Notes: a model not told the origin generated them from the letters alone. A stretch of DNA of 63,810 nt, filler included, from Octopus bimaculoides (GCF_001194135.2; 5 parts of 5 records of this genome joined end to end with filler, not necessarily neighbours in it); one strand, 5' to 3'; numbered from the whole stretch's first letter, positions 1-13,030 are shown. Numbers and translations: made by a program.

Positions 1-110
<110 letters not shown>

Positions 111-584
111 TATACAGGCATACAGACATACATACACACACACAAACACAGATATATGTATGTATATATGTATATATATATATATGCTTATGTATATGTA
201 AGTGTTTATGTATGTATGTATGTAAACACACATACACACTCACACTCATATCCATATATATGATCAACATATATCAATGCATACGCTGCGCATATTCACA
301 TTAACACATAAATGAAAATAAGCTTACACAAGAACATTTGTATGTTTGCTTTCTTAAAATTCAAAATCTCAACAGAATACATACAATCTTAAAGAAACTG
401 ATACGTCTGTCTCCTGTAAGTATACATATTTATATAGACATGAATACTGCAGCATCTTGCATATGTTAAATAGAGATTTGGAAAAATATTCAATGACATA
501 GATAATATAAGCAATTAGTGTAACCGTATTAAGCCCACTCCCTTCAAAATTTCAAAATCCCTGGCCTTCAACGTGCGACGCATC

Positions 585-712
585 AGCGTCCCGCTCAAAG
601 GGAATTTTGTAACCACAGACACTTCTACCCTATGTAAACGGGGTCACCGGCCTTATGATTCCCAGGGCTTGAGTAAGCAAAAATAATAAGAGGGTGCATA
701 GTTTCTTTAAGC
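585..712 (+). mobile_element. SINE 3' tail fragment (V-domain-like tail)
   Basis: GCGTCCCGCTCAAAGGG...AAACGGGGTCACCGGCCTTATGATTCCCAGGGCTTGAG resembles the tails at 11800-11905 and 62165-62265. Confidence 0.4.
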
Positions 713-757
713 AAACTTTCGTCCCTGCGAATTTCTGACCTATCTACTATATAAGTT

Positions 758-1077
758 GTGGAGGCGCAATGGCCCAGTGGTTAGGGCAGCGGACTCGCGG
801 TCGTAGGATCGCGGTTTCGATTCCCAGACCGGGCGTTGTGAGTGTTTATTGAGCGAAAACACCTAAAGCTCCACGAGGCTTCGGCAGGGGATGGTGGCGA
901 ACCCTGTTGTATTCTTACACCACAACTTTCTCTCACTCTTACTTCCTGTTTCTGTTGTACCTGTAATTCAAAGGGTCAGCCTTGTCACACTGTGTCACAT
1001 TAAATATCCCCGAGAACTACGTTAAGGGTACACGTGTCTGTGGAGTGCTCAGCCACTTGCACGTTAATTTCACGAGC
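758..1077 (+). mobile_element. tRNA-derived SINE, family A (3' end lost in gap)
   Basis: Pol III A box TGGCCCAGTGG (770-780) and B box GGTTTCGATTCC (813-824); homologous copies at 4195 and 26725. Confidence 0.9.
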
Positions 1078-2830
1078 NNNNNNNNNNNNNNNNNNNNNNN
1101 NNNNNNNNNNNNNNNNNNNNNNNNNNNNNNNNNNNNNNNNNNNNNNNNNNNNNNNNNNNNNNNNNNNNNNNNNNNNNNNNNNNNNNNNNNNNNNNNNNNN
1201 NNNNNNNNNNNNNNNNNNNNNNNNNNNNNNNNNNNNNNNNNNNNNNNNNNNNNNNNNNNNNNNNNNNNNNNNNNNNNNNNNNNNNNNNNNNNNNNNNNNN
1301 NNNNNNNNNNNNNNNNNNNNNNNNNNNNNNNNNNNNNNNNNNNNNNNNNNNNNNNNNNNNNNNNNNNNNNNNNNNNNNNNNNNNNNNNNNNNNNNNNNNN
1401 NNNNNNNNNNNNNNNNNNNNNNNNNNNNNNNNNNNNNNNNNNNNNNNNNNNNNNNNNNNNNNNNNNNNNNNNNNNNNNNNNNNNNNNNNNNNNNNNNNNN
1501 NNNNNNNNNNNNNNNNNNNNNNNNNNNNNNNNNNNNNNNNNNNNNNNNNNNNNNNNNNNNNNNNNNNNNNNNNNNNNNNNNNNNNNNNNNNNNNNNNNNN
1601 NNNNNNNNNNNNNNNNNNNNNNNNNNNNNNNNNNNNNNNNNNNNNNNNNNNNNNNNNNNNNNNNNNNNNNNNNNNNNNNNNNNNNNNNATATATATATAT
1701 ATATATATATATACATGCATATATACATGCATATATACAGATACACAGACAAACACACAGGCATACACATATACATGTTTGTGCATGCGCGTGTGTATGT
1801 GTCTGTGTGTCTGTGTGTATACGTGTCTGTGTATCTCTAGTTATATGCACGTTCTCATGTGCTTGCACGTTTGTGTATTTGTGGATTTTTATTAAGCATG
1901 CGGCTATTTAAATATGTGTGTGTATGTGTGTATGTGTAGCTATGTTGAGTTACACGTATACTCGTTGTTATGTGTAGAAGCGTGAATTCTCTATGTATGC
2001 GTCCGCGTATACATATGCATGCTTGTGTATGTGTGTGAATGTATGGCTGTGTGTATGTGCATGCCTGCGTGTGTATGCGTGCTTGTGTGTGCGAGTGTAT
2101 CTACGCATATGCATGCACGCTTGTCTATGTGTGTGCGCGTACATGCGTTTACATGCGAACTTGTGTATGTATATGAATACGTGCGTGTATGCGTGTGCAT
2201 GGCTATGTGTGTTCTGCAACTGTATATTTGTGTGTGTGTGTGCGTGTGTGTGTACCTGAGAATTAATACACAAACATGTGGAACTTACCATTGTGAACAA
2301 TCTTTCGGGACAGACCTATTTCTTTTCAGAAAGAACAGTCCCTCTCAACATTAAATCCCTTAAGTTAAACCAGCCTTAGAACATTTTCTCTTTTATTTCC
2401 TCGCGAGACAAAATAAATAAACAATTAAATAAATAATGATAGAAAATATTTAAAATAGCTAAAACATACAAACAACGAAAAGTATGTTCTGAGACAATCT
2501 TGATTTCGATTGCAGTCCACTGGAAATTATGAGAGAAAATGGTTAAAGGAAGACTGGAAAAGTGCATTACTTGCGGGTAGATATCTAAAGTGACGTCACT
2601 GTTCTCAGCTGGGATTGAACCTGCCATCCTTACTCTTCATACACTCTGTTAACACGAGCATCCCGTTACTCTCTTCTTGTCTCGTTTACGTTCTTTTTTC
2701 TTCTAATCATTGCTTCCAAAACGGCCGTGATCATCACCACGGAAGGAAACCAAATGCAACTTTATGTACACGTATGTACACACACGTGTATATGTACTTA
2801 TTTATATATACATATATATGCGTGTGTCTG

Positions 2831-3360
2831 TGTTAAAATACATAAGAGAATTTTAGTTCATGCAGACGATCGTTTCGTACAATGATATAAAAATCATGCA
2901 AATTCACGGTTGAATAGAATTAATTAAATTAATTAGATTAAATTATATTAATTATATATCACTGTACACTTCAGTGCAAGAAATATAAAAAAAAAACTTT
3001 TACAAAGGACTTGAGGAAAGAAATAGCAGAATAGGATCTAGGAGATTCATATTTATCCTTATGAGAAAGAAAGATATTTATGAGTCCAGTTTGATATTAT
3101 TTAACTTATAACTAATACCTAACGGGACTCACATACATCTTTCTTTCTCATAAGGATGAATATGAATCTCTTAGATTCTATTCTGCTTTTTCCTTTCTCA
3201 CCTCCTTTGTAAAAAATTTGTTTATACTTCTTGCATTGAGGAGTACAGTGATATATAATTAATTAAATTAATTCTATTCAACCATGAATTTGCATGATTT
3301 TTATATTGCTGTACGAAACGATCGTTTGTATGAATTAAAATTCTATTATTTATTTTAACA
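2831..3360. mobile_element. Long foldback palindrome / MITE-like element
   Basis: Arms 2831-3087 and 3125-3360 are imperfect reverse complements (TGTTAAAATA...TATTTTAACA) around a 37-nt spacer. Confidence 0.85.
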
Positions 3361-3979
3361 TCTTCTCTTCTCCATTTTTATCAAAATTGTTGAGTTTTAT
3401 GGGATTTCTTTCCATAAATTCACAATACATCATATACAAGTATTATTTTCATATTCGCAATTTTACGCCAGTAAGCTACCAGCAAAATATGGAGAATCTA
3501 TATTAGAAATCATTTTTTATTTTATTTTGGAAACCTCCAAAATAAAAGGACGAATCTAATTCAACATATTTACACACACACGCACACGCACACGCACCCG
3601 CACAAACGCGCATACACACACACACATAATATTAAAATTAATAATAATATGTACGAAAATTTATGTCAACAGAACATTATCACGGTAATCCAAATTGGTG
3701 AAAGTCTAACTGAGCATNNNNNNNNNNNNNNNNNNNNNNNNNNNNNNNNNNNNNNNNNNNNNNNNNNNNNNNNNNNNNNNNNNNNNNNNNNNNNNNNNNN
3801 NNNNNNNNNNNNNNNNNNNNNNNNNNNNNNNNNNNNNNNNNNNNNNNNNNNNNNNNNNNNNNNNNNNNNNNNNNNNNNNNNNNNNNNNNNNNNNNNNNNN
3901 NNNNNNNNNNNNNNNNNNNNNNNNNNNNNNNNNNNNNNNNNNNNNNNNNNNNNNNNNNNNNNNNNNNNNNNNNNNNNNN

Positions 3980-4014
<35 letters not shown>

Positions 4015-4150
4015 TTCTTCTATTAATCATTCTTCTATTAATCATTCTCTCTCTCGCTCTCTCTCACTCGCTCTCTCTCTCTCTCCCCAAACACACACAC
4101 ACACCAAACACACACACACCAAACACATACACACACACACACACACACAG

Positions 4151-4182
<32 letters not shown>

Positions 4183-4194
4183 CTATAGCCTTGT

Positions 4195-4548
4195 CGTTAT
4201 GGCAGCAACTCGCAGTCGTAGGATCGCGGTTTCGATTCCCAGACCGGGCATTGTGAGTGTTTGTTGAATGAATACACCTTAAGCTCCACGAGGCTCCGGT
4301 GTGGTGAACCCTGCTGTACTTTCAACACAACTTTCTCTCACTGTTTCTGTTGTACCTGTATTTCAAAGGGCCAGCCTTATCACACTCTGTGTCACGCTGA
4401 ATCTCACCGAGAACTACGTTAAGTGTATACGTGTCTGGAGAGTGCTCAGCCACATGCACGTTAATAATTGAGCTGCGACGTCACTGGTGCCAGGCTGTAT
4501 CGGCCCTTGCCTTTCTCTTGGATAACATCGGTGGCGTGGAGAGGTGAG
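4195..4548 (+). mobile_element. Chimeric SINE: family A head and body plus family E tail
   Basis: 4195-4462 matches 775-1065; 4468-4548 (GAGCTGCGACGTCACTGGTGCCAGGCTGTATCGG) matches the reverse complement of 53025-53105. Confidence 0.85.
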
Positions 4549-6366
4549 GATGTATATGTTAATGCAATTAAAACAAGACTTGGATTTTTAAGGTGTGATC
4601 TAAAATAAAGATATGATTTNNNNNNNNNNNNNNNNNNNNNNNNNNNNNNNNNNNNNNNNNNNNNNNNNNNNNNNNNNNNNNNNNNNNNNNNNNNNNNNNN
4701 NNNNNNNNNNNNNNNNNNNNNNNNNNNNNNNNNNNNNNNNNNNNNNNNNNNNNNNNNNNNNNNNNNNNNNNNNNNNNNNNNNNNNNNNNNNNNNNNNNNN
4801 NNNNNNNNNNNNNNNNNNNNNNNNNNNNNNNNNNNNNNNNNNNNNNNNNNNNNNNNNNNNNNNNNNNNNNNNNNNNNNNNNNNNNNNNNNNNNNNNNNNN
4901 NNNNNNNNNNNNNNNNNNNNNNNNNNNNNNNNNNNNNNNNNNNNNNNNNNNNNNNNNNNNNNNNNNNNNNNNNNNNNNNNNNNNNNNNNNNNNNNNNNNN
5001 NNNNNNNNNNNNNNNNNNNNNNNNNNNNNNNNNNNNNNNNNNNNNNNNNNNNNNNNNNNNNNNNNNNNNNNNNNNNNNNNNNNNNNNNNNNNNNNNNNNN
5101 NNNNNNNNNNNNNNNNNNNNNNNNNNNNNNNNNNNNNNNNNNNNNNNNNNNNNNNNNNNNNNNNNNNNCAGATAACAATATTAGTTTAACCAATATTTAT
5201 ACAATAAGAGGTATGTTAATAAAATAAATAAAATGAGATGTAATTATTTTATACAAAAAACATGAAATAATGTCAGTATTGAATTCAGGGGCTATAGGTA
5301 GGGTGTAAAGTTTAAGGATATTAAGTATATTGGGTTCATGAAAACTATTTTGAATTATCTTAAAAAAAATTATAGCTGAAGATAAGATAATGATACTATT
5401 TAGGAGACACATAGGTAAGTTTTATTTATATAATGTGAATAAAAACTATTATCGGATTTATATTAGTTTATAATAATGTGTTTACTAAGGTTTAAGGGAC
5501 TGAAAAAAGAAACTATGTTAGAAAATAACAAGGATATTCAATACAGGAACCTGAAGATTGATTTAAGTAGATTAAAGTAGATTATATATGTATATATATA
5601 TACATATATATATATATAATACAAACAATAAATGAGTATATGCATATATACGTAAATGTAGGCACATACCTACATCTACCTGTATATATAGATGCATATC
5701 TGGGTACAGGACGTTACAAACAAAACATAGACAAATGATAAACAGAGTACAGAAAACGCGCAGGCCACATAGAGAACATTTCCTTCATCAGCTGCCTCCA
5801 TTCTAACACTGGCGTTTCGAAGATTTTATACATATATATATACGTACAAACACAGATATGCAAATATGCGTAGGCGTGTATTAATTTACATCTTCACATG
5901 TGTAACAAAGATCCACAAGCAAAAAAATATATAGTATATATATTTTATGAACATTATTATTATGCATTATATCACATAAACATACCTGTGTATATATATA
6001 TTCATATACACACACACCTGCCCCATCACCCCGCACACACATGTACTAATATTAGTTTTATTTCAGAGTGCTTATAGTAAAACTTACACCTTTGCATTAT
6101 TTGTCAATGTTTGAGCGTTTGCTGACCTTAAGATAAAGAAAGATTGTCCAGAAGCACCGCACTATTCAGGTTATCACACTTTATACGGTTTGTACACTTT
6201 TATCGCGTTTCACCATCTTTTCCATTTCTTTCTCTTTATGCCTTATGCAAATCCCCACACGAATGGTCGTCTGTCCTTGTGATGCCCCCCCCCCCCCNNN
6301 NNNNNNNNNNNNNNNNNNNNNNNNNNNNNNNNNNNNCGTCATATATGTCCCTGTGGCTAATAAAAG

Positions 6367-6370
<4 letters not shown>

Positions 6371-6402
<32 letters not shown>

Positions 6403-6530
6403 CCACCACCACCAACACCACCACCATCATCATCATCATCGACATCATCATCATCATTGTCATCATCATCATCGTCATCATCATCATCATCATCACCACC
6501 ATCATCATCATCATCATCGACATCATCATT

Positions 6531-6566
<36 letters not shown>

Positions 6567-6660
6567 GACATCATCATCATCATCACCACCACCACCATCC
6601 TCCTCCTCCTCCTCCTCCTCCTCATCATCATCATCATCATCATCAACATCAACATCATCA
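6371..6660. repeat. (CAT)n/(CAC)n/(CCT)n compound trinucleotide array
   Basis: Direct reading. Confidence 0.95.
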
Positions 6661-7462
6661 TTATTATGATAATTTACTATTTTTATTGTTAAGCCTTGTG
6701 CTTACAGTAGAAAGTTATATTATTGTTGTTGGTTTGCTGCTGCTGCTGCTGCTGTTGCTGCTGTTGTTGCTGTTGTTGTTGTTGTTGTTCTTGTCGACAT
6801 CGTTGTGTTTTGTTATTCATGCTGATGTTGCTGTTGCAACTGATGCCTTTATTGTTTTCTTTTAAAGAAAACATGGCGCGGTTTATAAATATTCATGATC
6901 AGATCAAACCGCTTTTACAGGAACATAGATTTATTCATAGTATCCCAAGGATATAGAGTCTATAATCCCATTCTGCCAAAAAAAAAAAACAAAAAAAAAA
7001 GAAAGAAAACAGAGAAAGAAAAATGGCCCTTTGGAAGAATAATCATAAATGTCTCAAGACGTCTCCGAATCAAAGTCAATAATTTCCAACCCAGAGAAGA
7101 ACCCTTCAAGGAACAAAATCCTTCGGAATTCTAGTAAAAATCTCATTTTTAGAATGAAGGAAAGCCTCGAGAGATTGACAATAACGCCCCCTGTTGGGTA
7201 GATGGTGAAATCAATATTGAATTCTAAAGGCTATTCTCTCTCATCATCAACGACAGTTCTCTTAATAACCGTAATTGTAATTTAATCCGACGAAATCTTT
7301 CAACAGAATTGTTATACATGCGTATTGGTTTCTAATCTAGCCCCGGAACCAGAAATTTTGTAGGAGAATAGGTTTAGCTGATTGCGCCGTTCCCAGTACT
7401 TGACATCAAAACTGACATCGGTGGCATTTGAACTCGGAACACTAAGAGCTAGATTTAATAAT

Positions 7463-7671
7463 CTTTTCTACTATAGGCAGAAGGCCTGAAATTTTTGGGG
7501 AAAGGGTACGTCGGTTAGATCGACCCCAGTACTCAAATGGTACTTAATTTATCGACCCCGAAAATATGAAAAGCAAAGTCGACCTCGGCGGAATTTGAAC
7601 TCAGAACGTAAAGACAGACGAAATACCGCCAAGCATTTTCCTCGGTGTGTTAACGATTCTGACAGCTCGGC
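7463..7671 (-). mobile_element. tRNA-derived SINE, family B (tail type 1)
   Basis: B box GAGTTCAAATTCC on the minus strand and central GTCGACTTTGCTTTTCAT...GGGGTCGATAAATTAAGTACC; flanked by GATTTAATAAT / GATTTGATAAT, a possible TSD. Confidence 0.9.
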
Positions 7672-7924
7672 GATTTGATAATATGCAGATGTTGTCGTCG
7701 TTGATGCTTAGCCAAAAGTCAGGGCTGATCAAACAATTCTATGATCAAAGGCTTTCCAGGCGTGACTACCTTTTCCACGATGTATGGCTGTGTGATTATG
7801 AAACTCGCTTCTGTTTCAGTCCCATATTCCGGAACTTTGGGCAAATGTCTTTTAGTATGGACTCGGCTCGACCAATGCCATGTGAATTAGCTTGGCTGAC
7901 GGAGACTTTGTGAAAGCCCACCGC

Positions 7925-7988
<64 letters not shown>

Positions 7989-8032
7989 CTCTATCTATCT
8001 ATCTGTCTGTCTATTTATCTATCTATCAGTCT

Positions 8033-8077
<45 letters not shown>

Positions 8078-8084
8078 CACATAT

Positions 8085-8210
8085 ACGACGGGCGTCTTTC
8101 AGTTTTCGTCAACCAAATCTACTTTGGTCGGTCTGAGGCTATAGTGGGACAGAACCCAGGATCATGTGGTTGGTAAGCAAGCTACTTACCACACATCCAC
8201 ACCTGCGTCT
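8085..8210 (-). mobile_element. SINE family C, internally deleted
   Basis: Matches the head and the AAGCCCGTCGT junction of the family C copies at 23300 and 31160. Confidence 0.75.
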
Positions 8211-9918
8211 GATTAAGAATATTCAATCCCTATAAAGGAAGCTGAAGATATTATTACTGCTCGCCCAAATTTACTACTTCCGCACCAACGGCCATGTAAA
8301 ATATGTCAGTTTTTTTCTGTTATACCACTCAGTTAGCGCGTCGGCAGATTCNNNNNNNNNNNNNNNNNNNNNNNNNNNNNNNNNNNNNNNNNNNNNNNNN
8401 NNNNNNNNNNNNNNNNNNNNNNNNNNNNNNNNNNNNNNNNNNNNNNNNNNNNNNNNNNNNNNNNNNNNNNNNNNNNNNNNNNNNNNNNNNNNNNNNNNNN
8501 NNNNNNNNNNNNNNNNNNNNNNNNNNNNNNNNNNNNNNNNNNNNNNNNNNNNNNNNNNNNNNNNNNNNNNNNNNNNNNNNNNNNNNNNNNNNNNNNNNNN
8601 NNNNNNNNNNNNNNNNNNNNNNNNNNNNNNNNNNNNNNNNNNNNNNNNNNNNNNNNNNNNNNNNNNNNNNNNNNNNNNNNNNNNNNNNNNNNNNNNNNNN
8701 NNNNNNNNNNNNNNNNNNNNNNNNNNNNNNNNNNNNNNNNNNNNNNNNNNNNNNNNNNNNNNNNNNNNNNNNNNNNNNNNNNNNNNNNNNNNNNNNNNNN
8801 NNNNNNNNNNNNNNNNNNNNNNNNNNNNNNNNNNNNNNNNNNNNNNNNNNNNNNNNNNNNNNNNNNNNNNNNNNNNNNNNNNNNNNNNNNNNNNNNNNNN
8901 NNNNNNNNNNNNNNNNNNNNNNNNNNNNNNNNNNNNNNNNNNNNNNNNNNNNNNNNNNNNNNNNNNNNNNNNNNNNNNNNNNNNNNNNNNNNNNNNNNNN
9001 NNNNNNNNNNNNNNNNNNNNNNNNNNNNNNNNNNNNNNNNNNNNNNNNNNNNNNNNNNNNNNNNNNNNNNNNNNNNNNNNNNNNNNNNNNNNNNNNNNNN
9101 NNNNNNNNNNNNNNNNNNNNNNNNNNNNNNNNNNNNNNNNNNNNNNNNNNNNNNNNNNNNNNNNNNNNNNNNNNNNNNNNNNNNNNNNNNNNNNNNNNNN
9201 NNNNNNNNNNNNNNNNNNNNNNNNNNNNNNNNNNNNNNNNNNNNNNATATACATGTATATATAAAATTCTTGATTGATAAATTTTTTACGTTTCCCTTCT
9301 TCCCTAATTGAAAAAAAGACGCAGCCATATATATATGTGCGCACTTGTGTGTATATATATATATATATATATACATACACACACGCGTGCACACACATAC
9401 ACTCGTGCATACATACACACACAAACAAACACACATATACATACATGCATACATACATACATACATACATACATACATACATACATACATACATACATAC
9501 GTACATACATACATAAACCTGTATGTATAGCTGTATTTCTGCAACTATAAAGGAAAGAAGCAAAACATAAAAGTTAACATCTTAGAATTATTCTAGAGAC
9601 AATTCATAAAAAAAATTTATCATTTTCTCAGAATAGAAAAGATAGAACAAGATGGAATCATTTTCTTCTTTTTTTGTTGAAGTTTGGTACACATGTCTCT
9701 TAAACATCGAAATGCAGATGGAAAAGCACTAACACTGCCATCCACGCTCACACGTAGACACACAATCATATGTACATACATGCGTATATATGCATCCTCT
9801 ATACATGCATGTATTCATGCATGTATGTATATATAAATACATACACAGAGTGTTTAAGTATATGTATCCGTGTGTACACACAGCCGCACATGTATATATA
9901 TTTACATGTACATTATTG

Positions 9919-9963
9919 ATAGTGACTTCGAAGTTTCCGCTAGTTAAGCAATCGTCAGATTAA
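9919..9963 (-). ncRNA. Degenerate minimal type I hammerhead ribozyme motif
   Basis: Minus strand reads TTAAT-CTGACGA-T-TGCT(TAACT)AGCG-GAAA-CTTCGAAGT-C-ACTAT. The core is intact, stem III is palindromic (ACTTCGAAGT), the cleavage triplet is GUC, and stem I is weak. Confidence 0.5.
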
Positions 9964-9988
9964 GGTAAACTTATTCTTATTACAACTC

Positions 9989-10027
<39 letters not shown>

Positions 10028-10069
10028 CCACGCAACCACACAGAGGTAGATGGTAACGATGACGATGAT

Positions 10070-10085
10070 GATAATAGTAATAATG

Positions 10086-10122
<37 letters not shown>

Positions 10123-10145
10123 TAATAGTAATAATGGTAATAATG

Positions 10146-10206
<61 letters not shown>

Positions 10207-10208
10207 TG

Positions 10209-10268
<60 letters not shown>
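10070..10268. repeat. (TAA)n microsatellite
   Basis: Direct reading. Confidence 0.97.
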
Positions 10269-10269
<1 letters not shown>

Positions 10270-10285
10270 TCGTGATAGATAGATT

Positions 10286-10316
<31 letters not shown>

Positions 10317-10431
10317 CTAGATAGAGAGAGAGAGAGGGAGCTAGATAGAGAGAGAGAGAGAGAGGGAGCTAGCTAGCTAGCTAGCTAGATAGATAGATAG
10401 ATAGACAGACAGACGGACAGACAGACAGACC

Positions 10432-11325
10432 GTCTGGTCCCGGGGCCTTCCAGTTGCTCATTTTTATTGCTGATTTCCTTCACTTCCCTAACTGAAATGA
10501 CTAGTTCTGCTTGTTGTGGACAGACTGCTGTTTGTTTCAGTTCTTGCAACCATTCAGCATCCTTCTTGTGTTCCTTGTCTTTGCTCCGGATGTCACTCCA
10601 AAACCTTCGACTTTCAATGTTATCTGGTATCAACTTTTCATCTGTACACTCTGCATTTATTTCTTTGTAGAATCTCTTCTGATTTACTCTGAATAACCTA
10701 TTCTAGTGGTAACCCTTCATTCTTTGGTCGTATCTTACCATCTTTGCTTTTCTTTGCTCTTCTTTGCAACGAGGCGCTGTTTCAGTTCCTCCACCACTAC
10801 TTTCAGGCCCTTTCTTTCAATATTGTACTTCCTTTTCAGCACCCTGTTTTTTTTTTGTTCGCTTTTACCCTCCCTTTTCTCTTTTCCGTCTAACACAGAT
10901 TTCCTTCGAGAGCATATCTAACCCAGCCTGGATTCTTCTTTTCCACCATGAATCTTTTCTTTTGTCACTTCCATTATGTTTCTTTTTCTTGACATCAACA
11001 CCCACGTTTTCTGCTACAACAATACTTGCTGCATTGATCAAATTATTCGTTTCTGTGATGTTTTTGTTCTGATGTATTTCAGAATTTCATTGACATTTTT
11101 CATTTCTTGGTTCAATTTCCACCGATCAGCCTTTTTAAATTTACAAATAATGTCGCTATCGTTCTCCTGTATTCTTACCTTTATTCTGTCGTAGATTGCC
11201 TTTTGTTTATCTGTTATGTCACCATTAGTTTTATTGTCTTCTTTTAGATCATCTATATGTCTCTCATCAAGTAAACTACCACTGCTCCTTTCCTGTGCTA
11301 TGGGATTACTAGAAAAGTAATCCCA
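10432..11325 (-). mobile_element. Decayed R4/Dong-clade non-LTR retrotransposon fragment (pre-RT region to RT domain 0)
   Basis: Hand translation across frameshifts gives WWKRRIQ...RKYNIERKGLKVVVEELKQRL...NRLFRVNQKRFYKEIN...ESRRFWSDIRSKDKEHKKDAEWLQELK...SNWKAPGPDG, which I recognise as typical of R4/Dong ORFs. Stops and frameshifts are present. Confidence 0.85.
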
Positions 11326-11794
11326 TTATTATTATCATTATTAATTTTGTTTGGCGTTATGGATTTCATTTGTACTGCATTCCATTTGGTTTCATTTACC
11401 AGCATACCGTGTTAACCCTTAATGCCGACTAGCCACAGTGAATGTTGGTGGTACTTGAGTTAGCAATAATATAACCAGACTCAATTATTATTCTCGCTTG
11501 GTAAATCCGAATGTCCCTTTTAGGGACTGCATAGTTTCCGTAGAGAAAATAATGGAGTCAATAAAGATCAGAACGGAGATTCACACATCCAAATTTTATT
11601 ATGCAGTTATTTGCAGTATTCTTCCCTTGGATCTACGCACATTTCGGTTGCATCCGCTGCACACTGTTATATGATCATCTTGATGTTAATTGTCGGTGCA
11701 TCTTCTTCGGAGTCTGTTGTTTGTTGCTGTTCGAAGATCGTCTAAAGAAAACTATAGACTGACCGAATAGCAATCTTTTAGGCGTTGGCGTTGC

Positions 11795-12103
11795 TTTTGT
11801 TGTTGTTTGTTCCTTCTCGAGCCATGCCTGGCTCAGAAGGACCGGTTCCCCAGTTTCATTGTCGTATAGGTTCCCCACCTGGACGGGATGCCGGTCCGTC
11901 GCAGGTGAGCCGCGAGATGCAGGAGGAAAGAGTGAGAGAAGGTTGTGGCGAAAGAGTCAGCAGATGTTCGCCATTGCCTTCTGCCGTACCCACGTCGAGC
12001 AGAGGTGTTTCACTCATAAACATATATCGTCCGGTCTGAGATTCGAACCCTCGATTCCTCAACCGCAAGGCCGCTGCTCTAACCACTCGACCATGTGCTT
12101 CCA
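11795..12103 (-). mobile_element. tRNA-derived SINE, family A-related head with V-domain-like tail
   Basis: A box TGGTCGAGTGG, B box GGTTCGAATCT, body similar to 840-945, then CCTGCGACGGACCGGCATCCCGTCCAGG and a (CAA)-rich end. Confidence 0.8.
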
Positions 12104-12557
12104 GTGTTGCTATAAATAGTTATATTTCCTCATGACCCGAAGATTACCTCGGCCAGTAAGGAACTTTTTGTTGGGTTTCGTCTTAAAATTGATCAAAGTT
12201 CCTATGGGCTTCTTAGTATTACAGTCCAGTTTACCATTCCGCTAATTTAGAAGAGTATTCTTAATTTTTGAGGTATTCAATTACATTTCTGGTTTATTAT
12301 TTATTTTTATAATTATTAATCTATAGGTTTACAATTTTCTTGTTATATTATATTAAATTAAGTATCCTGTGTGTGCGCGCGTATGTGTGTGCGCGCGTAT
12401 GTGTGTGTGTGTGTGTGCGTAAATATTTTTATCTGTCTATATACATACATATATATGCTTGTATATATGCGTGTATATATGTGTGGAAATGTGTGTTTGT
12501 GCGTGTGTATGTGAGTGTGTGAATATCTTTATCTATATACATGCATATATATGTGTG

Positions 12558-12619
<62 letters not shown>

Positions 12620-12920
12620 TGTATATATGTGTGGAGATGTGTGTGTGTGTGTGCGTGTGTGAATATTTTTATCTATATGTATACACACACACACACACAC
12701 ACACATGTGCATGTATACATATGTGCATGTATACATGTGTGCATGTATGTGTTGATATGTGTGTGTTTGTGTTCATCTTCATCTTGTCTCTATGTATATT
12801 TTACTATGTAGCTTTCCCGACGCCATGACCTTCGTAGTTACCGTCTGTTTCGCCCCCTCTTCCTTTGTAAAACCGTTTTCGTTTCTGTCCCAAAGCTGTC
12901 ATGGTTAATACGACTTATTA

Positions 12921-12924
<4 letters not shown>

Positions 12925-12978
<54 letters not shown>

Positions 12979-13030
12979 TATTGTTGTTGTTGTTGTGGCT
13001 GTTTTTGTTGTTGTTGTTGTTGTTGTTTGA
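12925..13030. repeat. (TTA)n-(TTG)n microsatellite
   Basis: Direct reading. Confidence 0.95.

Noticed and set aside
758-830. tRNA-like A and B boxes here and in other SINE heads
   Set aside because: No complete cloverleaf, and they continue into repeat bodies; these are SINE heads, not tRNA genes.
5170-5583. AT-rich segment resembling a mitochondrial insertion (NUMT) or LINE C-terminus
   Set aside because: I could not match it to any mitochondrial protein in either code, and the LINE resemblance is vague; it needs BLAST.
5770-5828. Permuted hammerhead-like motif (CTTCGAAAC...CTGATGAAG on the minus strand)
   Set aside because: Stem I cannot form within this copy.
6874-6956. AAAACATGGCG start of MARFINIHDQ...
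   Set aside because: Only 27 codons, no splice donor and no homology.
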